Assembly (NCBI GenBank): GCA_000004985.1
Contig: GG738876.1
From: Naegleria gruberi
Taxonomy: Eukaryota
DNA: 64,000 bases
Strand: one strand, 5' to 3'
Notes under the pieces: model-generated
What the model was told of the DNA's origin: nothing
Database searches by the model: none
What the model saw: only the letters and a program-made list of their open reading frames with translations
Translations under genes and position numbers: made by a program
Shown here: positions 32,295 to 43,519 of the stretch, one piece after another
Layout of the letters: each line of letters starts with the position of its first letter
How positions within the stretch are numbered: position 1 is the stretch's first letter

Positions 32295-33332
32295 ATGCAA
32301 GAACACTTACTACCAAGATCCTCATCTTCCTCTTCATCGACTCCACATCCATCATGCAATTCTTCATCCTCTTCGACCGACAATCACCGAGGAAATAAAC
32401 AATCCTTAGAACATTTGGCAAGAGTTTTCCTTGCCGCAGGTATTGCAGCAGCCACAGCAACTGCGATTGTTAATCCTATGGAATTAATTAAAACCAGAAT
32501 GCAAACCATTGAAGGAGGAAATACTAAAATGCTTCAAGTAGCTTCAGATATTGTGAAAAAAGAAGGAGGAGTTCATAAATTGTGGACAATTGGATTGGGA
32601 GTTTCATTCACAAGGAGTTTATTATATTCGAGTTTTAGAATTGGATTATATGATCCTATTAAGGATTCATTGGCTATGTTGAATGATGGAAATACAAAGC
32701 AATTATCACTTGGAATGAAGGCATTTGCTGGTTTGATAAGTGGTGCAGTTGGAAGTGCATTAATGAATCCTTTAGATGTTGTGAAAATTAGATTTCAATC
32801 ATCGGGAATAACAGGATCAGCAAGTACTGTTAAAAATAAGAATACAGTGGATGCATTGTGGAAAATTGCAAGGGATGAGGGATTTACAGCTCTTTACAAA
32901 GGATCCATAGTCACAATGGTCAGAGCTTCGGTTTTGACAGCTGCACAATTGAGCTCTTACGATCATTCCAAATATTTATTATTGAAGAGTAATTTATTCG
33001 GCCACACCTTCTCAGATAACCATGTTACACATCTTTGGAGTGCCCTTATCTCTAGTCTCTGTACAGCTGTGACTATTTCACCAGTTGATGTCATCAAGAC
33101 CAAGTATATGAATGATGCCAAATTGAAAACCATTTCCCCAACAGGAGAAGTGCTAAAGGGAGGAAAATATAATGGTATTATCGATTGTGTAGTTAAGAGT
33201 GTTAAGACTGAGGGTTACAGAGTTTTGTTCAGAGGATTCCTTCCTTCATATGCCAGATTATGTCCTCACTTTTTGTTGAGCTTGCCTCTTTACGAACAGT
33301 TCAGAAAGTTATTTGGTGTTCCACCTGTGTAA
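32295..33332 (+). CDS. Mitochondrial carrier family protein (DIC/OGC/UCP-like subfamily) with an N-terminal Ser-rich extension.
   Basis: Three tandem carrier repeats carry 'PMELIKTRMQ', 'PLDVVKIRFQ' and 'PVDVIKTKYM' (Px[DE]xx[KR]x[RK]). The real ATG is 32295 in an A-run; the track start at 32169 is a TTG overlapping the upstream gene. Confidence 0.8.
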   Translation: MQEHLLPRSSSSSSSTPHPSCNSSSSSTDNHRGNKQSLEHLARVFLAAGIAAATATAIVNPMELIKTRMQTIEGGNTKMLQVASDIVKKEGGVHKLWTIGLGVSFTRSLLYSSFRIGLYDPIKDSLAMLNDGNTKQLSLGMKAFAGLISGAVGSALMNPLDVVKIRFQSSGITGSASTVKNKNTVDALWKIARDEGFTALYKGSIVTMVRASVLTAAQLSSYDHSKYLLLKSNLFGHTFSDNHVTHLWSALISSLCTAVTISPVDVIKTKYMNDAKLKTISPTGEVLKGGKYNGIIDCVVKSVKTEGYRVLFRGFLPSYARLCPHFLLSLPLYEQFRKLFGVPPV

Positions 33333-33363
33333 ATATTCTTAGTAAAAAGACGGATTAAATTTA

Positions 33364-36300
33364 TTACATATTTGAAAAATTTAAAGATCTTTTTACACTG
33401 CCTGTACTTATAGAACTTCTGGCCGAATTATTCAAAGACTTTCTGAGATATTCATTGTATTCCTTAATGTTCAACTCTTTGAGAGCTTGAGTTGATGAGC
33501 TGAATGAAAAATCAATAGATGTTGATAGCTGTTGAAAGTTGGTAAGAGAATGACCAATAGGACTCATTATTAAACTGTTGTGAGAGAATGGACCAGGACG
33601 TACTGGACTTGGTGATCCCAATGAGCTGCCATCACTGTTAAAGCTTGTTGCTCCGTCGAATGGGCTCATTATACCACTTGTGGTTGGAGTGACTGGGTAA
33701 TTGTTCTTTCTTGGTGAAAATCTTGAAGTATCCTCAGGCTCGCCAACAGGTGTGAACAATTGTTCTTGTAATAGAGTGTCCCAATCGATAGGCTTTAAAA
33801 ATGGGTGTTCCTTAATGATTTCTCCTCCTAATCTGGTTTTTGGGTTTTGATCAAGTAGTTTCTTGACAAAGTCTTCAACACCTGAAGTTTGGAACTCTTC
33901 TGGCAATTCTTCTGGCCATTCGTAACTACCTGACAGGATATTATTGAAAATGTCCTCGACAGTGTCAGCATTGAAAGGAGGAACACCAAACAATAGCTCA
34001 TATGTGATACATCCCAAAGACCAATAGTCGACAGCATAGCTATGTTCTTCACCAAATAAAATTTCAGGTGCAATGTAATCTGGAGTTCCAGGGACCTGAA
34101 CCATATCATCTGAATCTGACTCGCTTTCAATGCTTGCATTAGGACTGGTAACAAAACTGGCAGGATGAGGTGGAGATGATGGATTAGGAGTTCTTGGTTT
34201 GCTACTGGTTACTGCCTTTTCTTCTCTGTCCATAATACCAATTTCACTTAAACCAAAATCAGTAAGTTTCAATCTTCCCATGCTATCTACAAGCATATTG
34301 TCAGGTTTCAAATCACGATGAACAATCTTGGCAGCATGTAATTCCAAGAGAGCCAATACAATTTCAGCAACAATCTTTCTAACCTTATCAATATCAAATG
34401 CTGCCTGATGTTTGTTAATCTGATCTTCAAGTAGGCAATCCAAACTTCCTCCAGAACAATACTCCATAACAATGAAGAAGTATTTCTTACCAGCAAATGA
34501 GTAATAAAAATTGACAATGCACTTGGAGTCATGATTACTTCTCATCAATTGTTGCAGGACAGCACGTTCGGAGAGAATCTTATCCTTATTCTTCAAATAG
34601 GCAATGTTCTTGTGGTTGAAAATGTATTGTTTCTCAATGACCTTGATTGCATAAATGTCTGGTGTTGAAGTTTTCCTAGCAAGGTAAACCTTTCCATAGG
34701 CACCTTTAGAGATTGGTTTGATTAGAGTGAAATCCAAAATTGAAACCTTCTTAAAGTCTTCAGTATATTCGTGAAGTGTTTTGATTTTCTCTTCAGCAAG
34801 TTCAATAGAGGAGATGACTGTTTGTGTCTCCGTGCTTTGGTAACCCTTTAGTTCATCTTTGAGAGATAATTTTTCTTTGAGAGACTTTAAGTGATCTATT
34901 GCATGCTGTAAGTCGGCTTTTGTTTTGGAGTGATAAGATTCCTTGATGTATGAATACAATTCTCCAAATGTCTCCTCTCTTCTTCTCTTTCTAATCTCAT
35001 GAAGAAGTTGTTTAAACTTTTGATCACAACTAATTCTTCTCATGTTCATTTCGTGAGACTTTGCACAAGTTTGTGTGTGAGCTGTAAAGTTACTAACCTC
35101 AATAGCCTTTTCACAAATTCTACAGAATAAAGTATCTTGAGGTGATTGAGGAGTAGAATCAATTGTAACAACAGAATCTGAGGGTGTACTAATGCTACTT
35201 TGGTCAGATCGAGGAGTAATGACAGTTGTACTTTCCTCAGCCCACTTTTTAAGGAGTTTGTTAATTTTCAAATTTTGCTTATCTGTAACTGTAGATTCAC
35301 GAATCAAATCTGAGGAGGAGCCTGACTTTTTAGTCAGAGTTGACTCGAGGAAAGATAGCTTGGAAAATTGATTCAATCCAACTGGTGGTGTATTCACTCT
35401 AGGTATACCTCCCTTTGTTCTTGCCTCACTTGCGCTTCTCTTTCTTCCATCAATGCTAAGCACTTTGAGCTTTTCTGGAATTCTATTGTAAACTGCAATA
35501 ATTCTGTTCACTCTACTATAAATAAATATGAGCTTTTTCAATTCTTTCATAATAAAGCTTGTTTGAATAGATTCAATAATAGATTCTTCCTTCCTTCCTC
35601 TCAATTGAGACAACATGTCATTGAGCTCTTTCATATAAACCTGTTGAATAAGTTTAGAAACCTCTGCTTCAATAATTTGATGAGCCAATCGTTTCATTTC
35701 TGCTACGTGCCAATCATCACTCATTATTGGTTCATGATTTTCAGCAGCCTCTTCCAGTTCATGAATAAAGGCCTTTAAATCGGTATGTAATTGTTCAATA
35801 GATACTATCATTTTTCTCCAAAGGAACCTAGCAATCTTCTCATCTGTTCTTTTTCCTAAAAAGAACATTTGATTAGGATTTACTGTTTCAGTTTCTTCCT
35901 CGGAACTATAAGGATTCTTGTCGAATTGCTCGGTATGAATCATTTCTGAAAATGACATTTCATCCAATTTCTTTGTTCTCTTCATAATATTATTTCCTTC
36001 AATAAAATCTTCTCGTAAAGAGTTAAATTCGTCCTCCATAATTGATGATTCCTTTTCCACTGCCATCATTAAATACTTTTTCTTTCTTCTAGCATAATAT
36101 TTCATATGACTGTAAGACGCTGAGAAGGTTTCTGCATGCATTTTGCTTTTAAAAACTACAGGTGTTTGACATTTCATCATTAAAGATCCCATTGGAGATG
36201 GTAAATCTTGAAAAGTAGGAACATATCCACGAATTCTATAACCTTTAACTTCCGTCTGTGGCTCCATTTTATGATCACCAGATGAAGGTGGAGTCACGTA

Positions 36301-37914
36301 TCGTTCTTCACTACTAAATTCTCCATCCTCATTAGAAAAACTTTTCCTATTAGGTGGCGTTGTATAATTTGAATCCAAGTCATCATCCTTTGTTGTTGTC
36401 AGAGGTGTTTGATGATTGTCTGATTTTTCCGAATTGGTTGGTGTTTTTTTAAAGCTGAAACTGCTTCTTCTCGTTGAAGGAGGAGAAACAGATCGACTCC
36501 TAACTGGATAATCTGCTAACATGGCATAATCATCATCATCAAAATCATTTTTAAAAACACTCGGAAATGTCTTTTTAGCGCTACTATTTTTCTGTGATGA
36601 ATTATTCTTGATATATGCATCAACTTGTTCCAAATTGATTATGTTTTTCTGTGGTGTAATTTGTTCATTTCTTGGTGAAACTTTAGGAGAAGAGGTTGTG
36701 ATTGGTTGAAGAGGTATTGTTTTTCCATTCGACTTGGTATCAATCCTGAGATTGGGTCTCTTTTTCTGTGATGATGAAGCTGAAGATCTTGGAGTAGAAG
36801 AAGTTGATGATGTTGGGCTTGATGTATCATCTGTTGAATAATCATAATCGGAATGAGGAGAATGATGTGTTACCTTCTCACTGCTATTAGGTCTCAGTAG
36901 TTGGGATGTTTCTAAAATACAATTTGGTGTTTCTGGCATTTGAGAATTATTTTTGGTTGGATTAGGGATGAATGAGTTATTTGAGTGGATAGGAAGGTGA
37001 TTGTTTCGAAAACTCTGGTGATGATCCATCACAGAACCAACATCGAGTGAGGAACTTCTTTGATGTCCTACTGTATTTAGTTGGGATCCTCGCTTATTGA
37101 TAAGAGAAGCATTTCTACCAGAAAGTCGAAAGGGTTGATTTGAGGTTGACTTGAATGATGGAAGTGGTGGGTGCATTGATGTGGCACTATTATTGCTACT
37201 ATTGTTACTAGTATTATTATTATTACAAGAATTATCAGTTCTATCTGAATCAATAATTGGTGGAGGTGATCGAGGAGGTGAAAGAATTCTTGGTGTGGCA
37301 TGAATAATATGGTGATGATTAGGTGGGGAACACAAATATTGAGAACTGTATCCATATGCACCACTTTTCATACCCATTGGATAATTAATACTTTGAATTT
37401 CATTGTAAGTCAAATCATCAGAATCATCAGTATCATGAGATCCACATTCATCTTCCTCAACCAACATATCATTAATAGAGAATGGTACTTTTATGGGAAT
37501 ACTTGGAGATATTGATCTTAAAAGAGGTGATGTTGCTGCTGGATTAAGTATTGGTGAAATTTGAGGTTTTAAAATTGGGGATACAGACGGTAAATTCAAT
37601 GAAGATGATGAATCCATATTTTCAATAGTTCCACTCATCAAATTATGGAGATGTTGAAGCAATCCAGGGCTCTTCTTACCTCCATGATGATTATTATTAT
37701 TACTATCACTTGCATATGATGAAGATGAATTGTTATTCATACCCGAATTATTCATATTTTGATGATTTCTTTGAAGTGAAGATGGTGTTGCAGGACTAAT
37801 ATGAATGGGCTGATTCACACTAAACGGTGTCGTTATTCCGGATGGTGATGAGCCCACTATTTGTTGACTCTCTCGTTGGTGGTGATGGTGTTGGCTTCCT
37901 CGAGGCGTGGGCAT
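33364..37914 (-). CDS. Large Ser/Thr protein kinase of the AGC family, Rim15/Greatwall-like. The kinase domain is C-terminal with an activation-segment insert. A Cys-rich zinc-finger-like motif lies upstream.
   Basis: Continuous 1516 aa. 'ISKGAYGKVYLARK', 'HRDLKPDNMLV' and 'DFGLSEIG...(~50-aa insert)...GTPDYIAPE' make up the kinase core, with a C-terminal AGC tail. 'CRICEKAIEVSNFTAHTQTCAKSHE' is a C2HC-like motif as in Rim15. Long S/N/Q/H-rich low-complexity regions are present. Confidence 0.75.
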   Translation of the reverse strand: MPTPRGSQHHHHQRESQQIVGSSPSGITTPFSVNQPIHISPATPSSLQRNHQNMNNSGMNNNSSSSYASDSNNNNHHGGKKSPGLLQHLHNLMSGTIENMDSSSSLNLPSVSPILKPQISPILNPAATSPLLRSISPSIPIKVPFSINDMLVEEDECGSHDTDDSDDLTYNEIQSINYPMGMKSGAYGYSSQYLCSPPNHHHIIHATPRILSPPRSPPPIIDSDRTDNSCNNNNTSNNSSNNSATSMHPPLPSFKSTSNQPFRLSGRNASLINKRGSQLNTVGHQRSSSLDVGSVMDHHQSFRNNHLPIHSNNSFIPNPTKNNSQMPETPNCILETSQLLRPNSSEKVTHHSPHSDYDYSTDDTSSPTSSTSSTPRSSASSSQKKRPNLRIDTKSNGKTIPLQPITTSSPKVSPRNEQITPQKNIINLEQVDAYIKNNSSQKNSSAKKTFPSVFKNDFDDDDYAMLADYPVRSRSVSPPSTRRSSFSFKKTPTNSEKSDNHQTPLTTTKDDDLDSNYTTPPNRKSFSNEDGEFSSEERYVTPPSSGDHKMEPQTEVKGYRIRGYVPTFQDLPSPMGSLMMKCQTPVVFKSKMHAETFSASYSHMKYYARRKKKYLMMAVEKESSIMEDEFNSLREDFIEGNNIMKRTKKLDEMSFSEMIHTEQFDKNPYSSEEETETVNPNQMFFLGKRTDEKIARFLWRKMIVSIEQLHTDLKAFIHELEEAAENHEPIMSDDWHVAEMKRLAHQIIEAEVSKLIQQVYMKELNDMLSQLRGRKEESIIESIQTSFIMKELKKLIFIYSRVNRIIAVYNRIPEKLKVLSIDGRKRSASEARTKGGIPRVNTPPVGLNQFSKLSFLESTLTKKSGSSSDLIRESTVTDKQNLKINKLLKKWAEESTTVITPRSDQSSISTPSDSVVTIDSTPQSPQDTLFCRICEKAIEVSNFTAHTQTCAKSHEMNMRRISCDQKFKQLLHEIRKRRREETFGELYSYIKESYHSKTKADLQHAIDHLKSLKEKLSLKDELKGYQSTETQTVISSIELAEEKIKTLHEYTEDFKKVSILDFTLIKPISKGAYGKVYLARKTSTPDIYAIKVIEKQYIFNHKNIAYLKNKDKILSERAVLQQLMRSNHDSKCIVNFYYSFAGKKYFFIVMEYCSGGSLDCLLEDQINKHQAAFDIDKVRKIVAEIVLALLELHAAKIVHRDLKPDNMLVDSMGRLKLTDFGLSEIGIMDREEKAVTSSKPRTPNPSSPPHPASFVTSPNASIESESDSDDMVQVPGTPDYIAPEILFGEEHSYAVDYWSLGCITYELLFGVPPFNADTVEDIFNNILSGSYEWPEELPEEFQTSGVEDFVKKLLDQNPKTRLGGEIIKEHPFLKPIDWDTLLQEQLFTPVGEPEDTSRFSPRKNNYPVTPTTSGIMSPFDGATSFNSDGSSLGSPSPVRPGPFSHNSLIMSPIGHSLTNFQQLSTSIDFSFSSSTQALKELNIKEYNEYLRKSLNNSARSSISTGSVKRSLNFSNM

Positions 37915-38198
37915 TTTTTAACTGGTGAAAAAAGACATTGTTGAGTGGAATAATGTTGTGTTATGTACGGATAAGTTCTAAGCATTTGATCAAGATACTT
38001 TGTGAAAATGATTATTTTACTCACAGTCAAAGATGAAGAGAAAATAGGATAAACAGTAAAAGGAAGTGGGACCATTGAAAATACGGTAGTGAGGAGTTGT
38101 TGGATGTCTGTTAGCCATATCGTATTACAGTAGTCAAAAAGATTTGGTAATGTCATCAATTTATATTGTGGGAAGATTTCAAGTTGTTCATCAAAAAA

Positions 38199-38753
38199 AT
38201 GTCAAAGTTTTTCAATGCTGATTTGTTAAGCAAGAAGAAGATTAAACCTCTCACACTCGTATTTATTCAACAACAAGAGAAGAGGAAGCTCTTGCTCGGA
38301 TTGAAAAAAAGAGGATTTGGAATGAATAAATTTAATGGATTCGGAGGAAAGGTTGAAGCTCAAGATTTATCCATAAAACATGCCGCAGAGAGAGAATTAA
38401 TGGAGGAAGCAGGAATTTGTGCTACTAATTTAATCAAGAGAGGTTTAATTATTTTCGAATTTGATCCACACATAGAATCATCAGTCTTGGAAGTTCATGT
38501 TTATTCATCACCAGATTATACTGGTGAAATTACGGAGAGTGAAGAGATGAAACCAGAATGGTTCGATTTTCAAGGTATTCCCTATGAGAAAATGTGGGTA
38601 GATGATGCTATTTGGTTTCCTTTACTTTTGGAGAATCCTACTCAATTATTTAAAGGGCATTTCATCTTTAGTGATTTCTCGAACATTCAAGAGTATGAAC
38701 TGGTAAAAGTGGAATCTCTCGACGAAATTGGTTCTTTTGTATTGAAAGAGTAA
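38199..38753 (+). CDS. Nudix hydrolase, MTH1/NUDT1-like 8-oxo-dGTPase.
   Basis: 'LLLGLKKRGFGMNKFNGFGGKVEAQDLSIKHAAERELMEEAGI' is the Nudix box GX5EX7REUXEEXGU. '...WFDFQGIPYEKMWVDDAIWFPLLL' aligns with human NUDT1 throughout. The real ATG is 38199; the track start is a TTG. Confidence 0.8.
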   Translation: MSKFFNADLLSKKKIKPLTLVFIQQQEKRKLLLGLKKRGFGMNKFNGFGGKVEAQDLSIKHAAERELMEEAGICATNLIKRGLIIFEFDPHIESSVLEVHVYSSPDYTGEITESEEMKPEWFDFQGIPYEKMWVDDAIWFPLLLENPTQLFKGHFIFSDFSNIQEYELVKVESLDEIGSFVLKE

Positions 38754-39016
38754 CTGTTAACTGAGCTATTACTGTACATTATTCTTACAGTAATTTTGTT
38801 GAATACTGTAACTAGTTTGGTGGTCAACATTAATGTTATGGCCATTTATCATTCTCTTTATTTATTAAATATTGGTCAAACCAATGAATTGAAATGCAAT
38901 ACAACTATTCTAATTCAACTCAAAGAGAGATGCCCAATACTACCATTTAAAACTTCTCAATGATATAATAAGGCAAGTAAGAACATGCATCAGAAGTTTT
39001 CAGAGAGAGAAAAAAA

Positions 39017-40804
39017 ATGAAAAGACCCACAACCAGCAAAGTCATTCGACCTCCATCATCATCAAGCATATTGGGAAAGAAATCATACATGACAATTCAT
39101 GTTGGAGAACGAGATTATTACGACTCGTCATCAGATGATTCTCTGATGGTGGTCAAAAAACTTGTTCCCAGTTTAAAGACAAGCCACTCGGCTTCCAATC
39201 TCAGAACCAACAAGTCATCATCCTCAATAGAGGGAAGGCAACTCAATAATATATCCACTCTAAATTCTTCAAGTCCTACCAATACGGGTAAGGATTTAAG
39301 TAGGTCCTCATCTGCATCTGCTCTTTTAAAAATCCCTACATTATCCCTCACTTCTTCTTCTGCCAATAAGATGGTAAAACCTTCTTTTAAAATGTTAACA
39401 CCCGACAATATTATTCATATATTGGGGTATTTTGGGGGAGAATTTCAATCATGTGTATCAAAAGGAAAAATTATTTGGAGTAAATTCTTTAAAACTTGGT
39501 ATGGAAGATTATCGGATGAAACTGTACGTTTATTGTATGTCTATGGAGACTTGACAGAGGCAAAAAATAGCATTGTTGATGAAATTTCATTCCTTTGTGC
39601 TGCCCAACTGCCTTTTGGATCTCACAATTTAGAGATTCCACTCATTAAAAAGTTGTGCTTTTGTCCTTACAAGTTTACAGATACTGAGAAGAAGGTGGCA
39701 ACCATAGTGAGGGAAGCTGATGTTGAATTAAAAAAGAAACTTTTGAGGAGATTGGATAATTTTAAGGTAAAAAATAGATACATTTGTGATAGTCTAAAAA
39801 TTCTAAAATTTAGTCAATTGGAAACATTTTGGGAAGCAATTGAAAAGTGCTTTGAAGTATTTCCAAATTTTGAGGAATTGAGAATTGGCTTTATTCACTG
39901 GGAAACTCCTGATTTTGTAAAATTTATCCCTCGATCATACAATTATAGAGATACGCTAGCGAGTGCACTAGCTAAAAGTAATAGAAAATGCAAAAAAATC
40001 GAGAGTAGAGGTCTAGATCATTTCCTGACACCAAAACTAGCTCAATATTTGCCTCTATTAGAGGAGTACAAAACAGTATATTCTTACTCATCTAAGCACT
40101 TGAAGGATATTGGGATGTGGAAAAATTTGAAAATACTGGATTGTGACTTGAGAGGTTTACAAGGAAGTCAAAAACCATGTAATCACTCCGTTCCAGAATT
40201 TTTCAAATCCCTAGCTCACTGTAAAAAGTTAGAGTGCTTTAGAATGCAAGATGACTGTCTATATGCTGATGAATTCAAACATCTAGCTAATGCTCTCCCC
40301 AATTTAAAATACCTCAACTTGTATAGTACAAAAACAGAACCTGATATTATAGAAACGATTGAAACGTTTACAAGTCTCAAAACTTTGATATTGAGTGAAA
40401 GCTTTGATGATGAGATTGTTTGGTTAGATCGGTTAAACAACATTGATAGTTTGGAATATTTGGAAATAAGTGGTAGTTTGAATTTTTCAAACTTTGTGGA
40501 AGTGTGTAAATTAACATCTCTCAAAACTCTGAGCGTACAAGTAGATATAGGAGATGAAGCTGGCAAACAATTGGCGAACTTGACTAATCTTGAACAATTG
40601 GAATTACAATCCTGCAGAAACTGTAAAAATCCTTTCACCTACGCATTATGTTTATTCTTACAAGACAATTTGAAAAATGTAAAGAGATTTAACATTCAAC
40701 CTCATTATTCAGTCCATGCCTATAACCATATTCCGATTGAAACACTGAAAACTCTGCAGTCCTATATTGTTAAGAAACATATTCTCCCCGATGCTATTCT
40801 ATAA
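39017..40804 (+). CDS. Hypothetical leucine-rich-repeat protein (RNI-like LRRs in the C-terminal half; Ser-rich N-terminus).
   Basis: ATG in an A-run, continuous 595 aa. Repeats such as 'LPNLKYLNLYS', 'FTSLKTLILSE', 'LTSLKTLSVQV' and 'LTNLEQLELQSC' recur. Confidence 0.5.
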   Translation: MKRPTTSKVIRPPSSSSILGKKSYMTIHVGERDYYDSSSDDSLMVVKKLVPSLKTSHSASNLRTNKSSSSIEGRQLNNISTLNSSSPTNTGKDLSRSSSASALLKIPTLSLTSSSANKMVKPSFKMLTPDNIIHILGYFGGEFQSCVSKGKIIWSKFFKTWYGRLSDETVRLLYVYGDLTEAKNSIVDEISFLCAAQLPFGSHNLEIPLIKKLCFCPYKFTDTEKKVATIVREADVELKKKLLRRLDNFKVKNRYICDSLKILKFSQLETFWEAIEKCFEVFPNFEELRIGFIHWETPDFVKFIPRSYNYRDTLASALAKSNRKCKKIESRGLDHFLTPKLAQYLPLLEEYKTVYSYSSKHLKDIGMWKNLKILDCDLRGLQGSQKPCNHSVPEFFKSLAHCKKLECFRMQDDCLYADEFKHLANALPNLKYLNLYSTKTEPDIIETIETFTSLKTLILSESFDDEIVWLDRLNNIDSLEYLEISGSLNFSNFVEVCKLTSLKTLSVQVDIGDEAGKQLANLTNLEQLELQSCRNCKNPFTYALCLFLQDNLKNVKRFNIQPHYSVHAYNHIPIETLKTLQSYIVKKHILPDAIL

Positions 40805-41150
40805 GATGAACACAATAGAATAGCTGCAGTAGGATAAGAGAGACTTTACCTCCAGCTATTAAAATGTGAAGATAATGCGAGCACAACAGACTTACATCAG
40901 TGATCGAATATGTGGTAACAATAAAACAAACGTGGAGATGAACATTACTCAGATTACAACTTTACAATTTCACATCAATTTTGATGTAACACTTAACTTC
41001 TGTGATGTTTGAACTCTGCTAAAAACTAATGGTTTTTGTAACCCTCCCACCAATTAAAATCATCGCTAAAATTACGCTGGTGAAGGAAGCCGTCTATCTT
41101 TAACCATCTCGACGGTACAACTGGAGGTGAACTAACAACACACAAAAAAA

Positions 41151-41391
41151 ATGTCTGACGCCCCAGTAAGTATCTCTCACTAGCCATCACGTTCTGATCA
41201 AAAATAATCATCAATAATATTTAAAAATTGTATGATGACGATGATGAATTTATTTAAATTAGAAAACTGAAACTCAACAAGAAATCCAAGGTTCTGACGA
41301 TAAGACCACCCACGGTCACAGAGTCATTCTTGCTGCTCAATCATTGTTCTTCAGAAAGTTGATCTTGGAAGATCTCGAAAAGAAGCAATAA
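41151..41391 (+). pseudogene. BTB/POZ-domain gene fragment in two exons (41151..41165 and 41263..41391). It is truncated after ~30 aa of the BTB domain, probably a pseudogene remnant.
   Basis: 'MSDAP' plus intron (GTAAGT..AAATTAG, 97 nt) plus 'KTETQQEIQGSDDKTTHGHRVILAAQSLFFRKLILEDLEKKQ*'. 'HRVILAAQSLFFRKL' matches the BTB core (AHRvvLAAcSpYFramf). A BTB-like continuation 'EAIIVPLSEP*' appears only in the +2 frame before another stop. No downstream exons are evident before the next gene at 41767. Confidence 0.35.
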
Positions 41392-41766
41392 TTGTACCAT
41401 TATCCGAGCCCTAAGAAAAATAAAAGTCTTTTTGTAAATATATAATCCGTAGAGTACGAGAAAACTATTCAATTTTAGACGTTTCGTAAAAATAGTATTG
41501 AAAGGCAGAGAGTTTGCCTCTATTAATTTCTTCACGACCAACAAAATCCTGATTCAAGGAAAATAGAATATTGAACCAATTCCAATATATTTATTCATCC
41601 ATTCAACGTTCAACAGTAGTCTGTCTACTAATATCCTCATCATCAAATTCTCTTTGTGTGTGAAGAACACTCAGTGAAAAAAGGGACACATTCTATGGAC
41701 AGGTTCCAATCAGAAGGATAGATGAAAAAATCACTGTAATTGCAAGAAAAAGTTAAATTTTAAAAA

Positions 41767-43372
41767 ATGGAAACAACAGCCTTGAACGTTATTCTCATAA
41801 TATTTGGAGTACTGGGAGGAGTTTTCAGTATTGTTTCAGCTATTATTTATCTGTGCTACTTTATGAGTAGTGATGATAGAGGAAAAGCTTGGTGTCCAAA
41901 ATTAGTTGTTATTTTCGCTTTTGCTCTTGCTGTTTGTTCAGTGTTTTTACTTCCGTTGGATGTGGCTAATGCAAGACTAGAGGGAGATCTTACCTACGCT
42001 TTCCAAATCACATGGCAAGTTTTCTATGGATTTGTTGCTGTATTTGTGGTTTTGATCCTCCCATTCTTCATCTTTTATTATGAATCCGAAGACCCAGAAA
42101 AGAGGTAGGTGAAAATTATTTTCAATTAATGATGATGAAATTCTGAAACTCTATCTAGCTTTTTACATCAAATCAAATGGGGAATTTGTGCTACAGTTGT
42201 AACTTTCATTGTTGTTGCTACACTCACTTTGGTCAGTTACTGGTTTTTGGGTTATGCTGATATTCCATTTAAACAATATACAGCCACACAACCAGCCGAT
42301 ACTTTATATGATGCCTACTATAGAGCAACGCCAACCTTTGTATGTTATTATTTTGATATTATTCTTCTTCTAACATTTTAATTAGGCTGTTAACAAGACT
42401 TTATCCATCTTTGTCTCGATTGTTATTTACATTATTGCCGTAATTCTCTTCCTCGGATATTTTGTCTTTATTACTTGCAGTGGTTGTGGTATGACAGCTC
42501 TTCCAGTTACTCTCATTAAGGCTTTCATCTTTAAACCAAAGAGAATTAAGAGTTCTGAATTTATTGAGGCTAAGGCTAGACTTATGAAACAATCTAGAAG
42601 ATTGATCGACATCGGAACCAAACTTCAAGAAGCTCAAGATGAAGGAAAGATTACTCTTAAGGATCGTAGAGTTTTGAACGATTTCAAGATTGCTGCCTAC
42701 AGACTTGAAGAGGAATGGAAGGTTATACACACTAGTTTCTTCCATGCTGGTGGTTCTGTTATTTTACCAATTATTTATCTCATTTTGGGTATTATTTGTT
42801 GTTTGGTCTCACTCACTTGGATTATTCACTTGATTGTTTATTGGGCCATCATCTATCCACCAAATGGTATGCTCAATGTTGTTTTCAACTGGTTGGATGA
42901 TTTGACAATAGGTTTCCCAATTTTGGGAGGTTTGAGTTTCTGGTTCTTTACAGTTTATCTTATTTTCACTGTTTTGGCTGGTAATGCTGCCATCACAAGT
43001 AGAATTCCATTGTTTGCTATTCACCCAATGAAGAAGGGTGATACCATGATGAACTCACTCATGTTTAACACTGGTTTAATTTTGCTTTCCTCTGTAGTTG
43101 TTAACCAATTTTCTCAAAGAGCATTTAATTCTTATTCTAGGTCAACTGCCATGGATATTATTTTCAGTGGTGCTATTACCAATCTCAGATATATCCAATA
43201 CTTCTTTTTTTATCTGATTTATGCTTATTTAGGTTGTTGTGTTATTGGTTTCTTCTTGGCTCTTATTTGTTGTAGAGAAAAGACAAAGAATGAGAAACAA
43301 TTGGAAGAAGTCCTTTCAAGAATTACTGACTATGCTCCTGCTAGTGATGATGCAATGATGGACCAACAATAA
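41767..43372 (+). CDS. LMBR1-domain membrane protein, LMBD1-like (homologue of the lysosomal cobalamin transporter), in three exons: 41767..42104, 42159..42339, 42386..43372.
   Basis: 'LLPLDVANARLEGDLTYAFQITWQVFYGFVAVFVVLILPFFIFYYESEDPEK' parallels the LMBD1 N-terminus. Introns at 42105..42158 (GTAGGT..ATCTAG) and 42340..42385 (GTATGT..AATTAG). It has nine or more TM segments and a cytosolic loop 'KPKRIKSSEFIEAKARLMKQSRRL'. 501 aa. Confidence 0.7.
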
Positions 43373-43519
43373 TTGGCCATTTTCTTCTGAAGAAACGATA
43401 ACCAAAAGATTGCAATTTTTAACTTCCACATTTGTAAATTGTACAAAACAGTTTTGTTTTAAAAATAATAAATTCTAATTTGTAAATATTTATATAAAGT
43501 TACTGGTATAGTTTAAAAT

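Noticed and set aside
33364-37914. Possible hidden introns or low-complexity insert exons in the 1516-aa kinase gene (minus-strand ORFs 36639..36845 and 37077..37364 overlap it).
   Set aside because: The 4.5-kb ORF is continuous with conserved kinase subdomains in order. The overlapping ORFs are out-of-frame artefacts of repetitive His/Gln codons.
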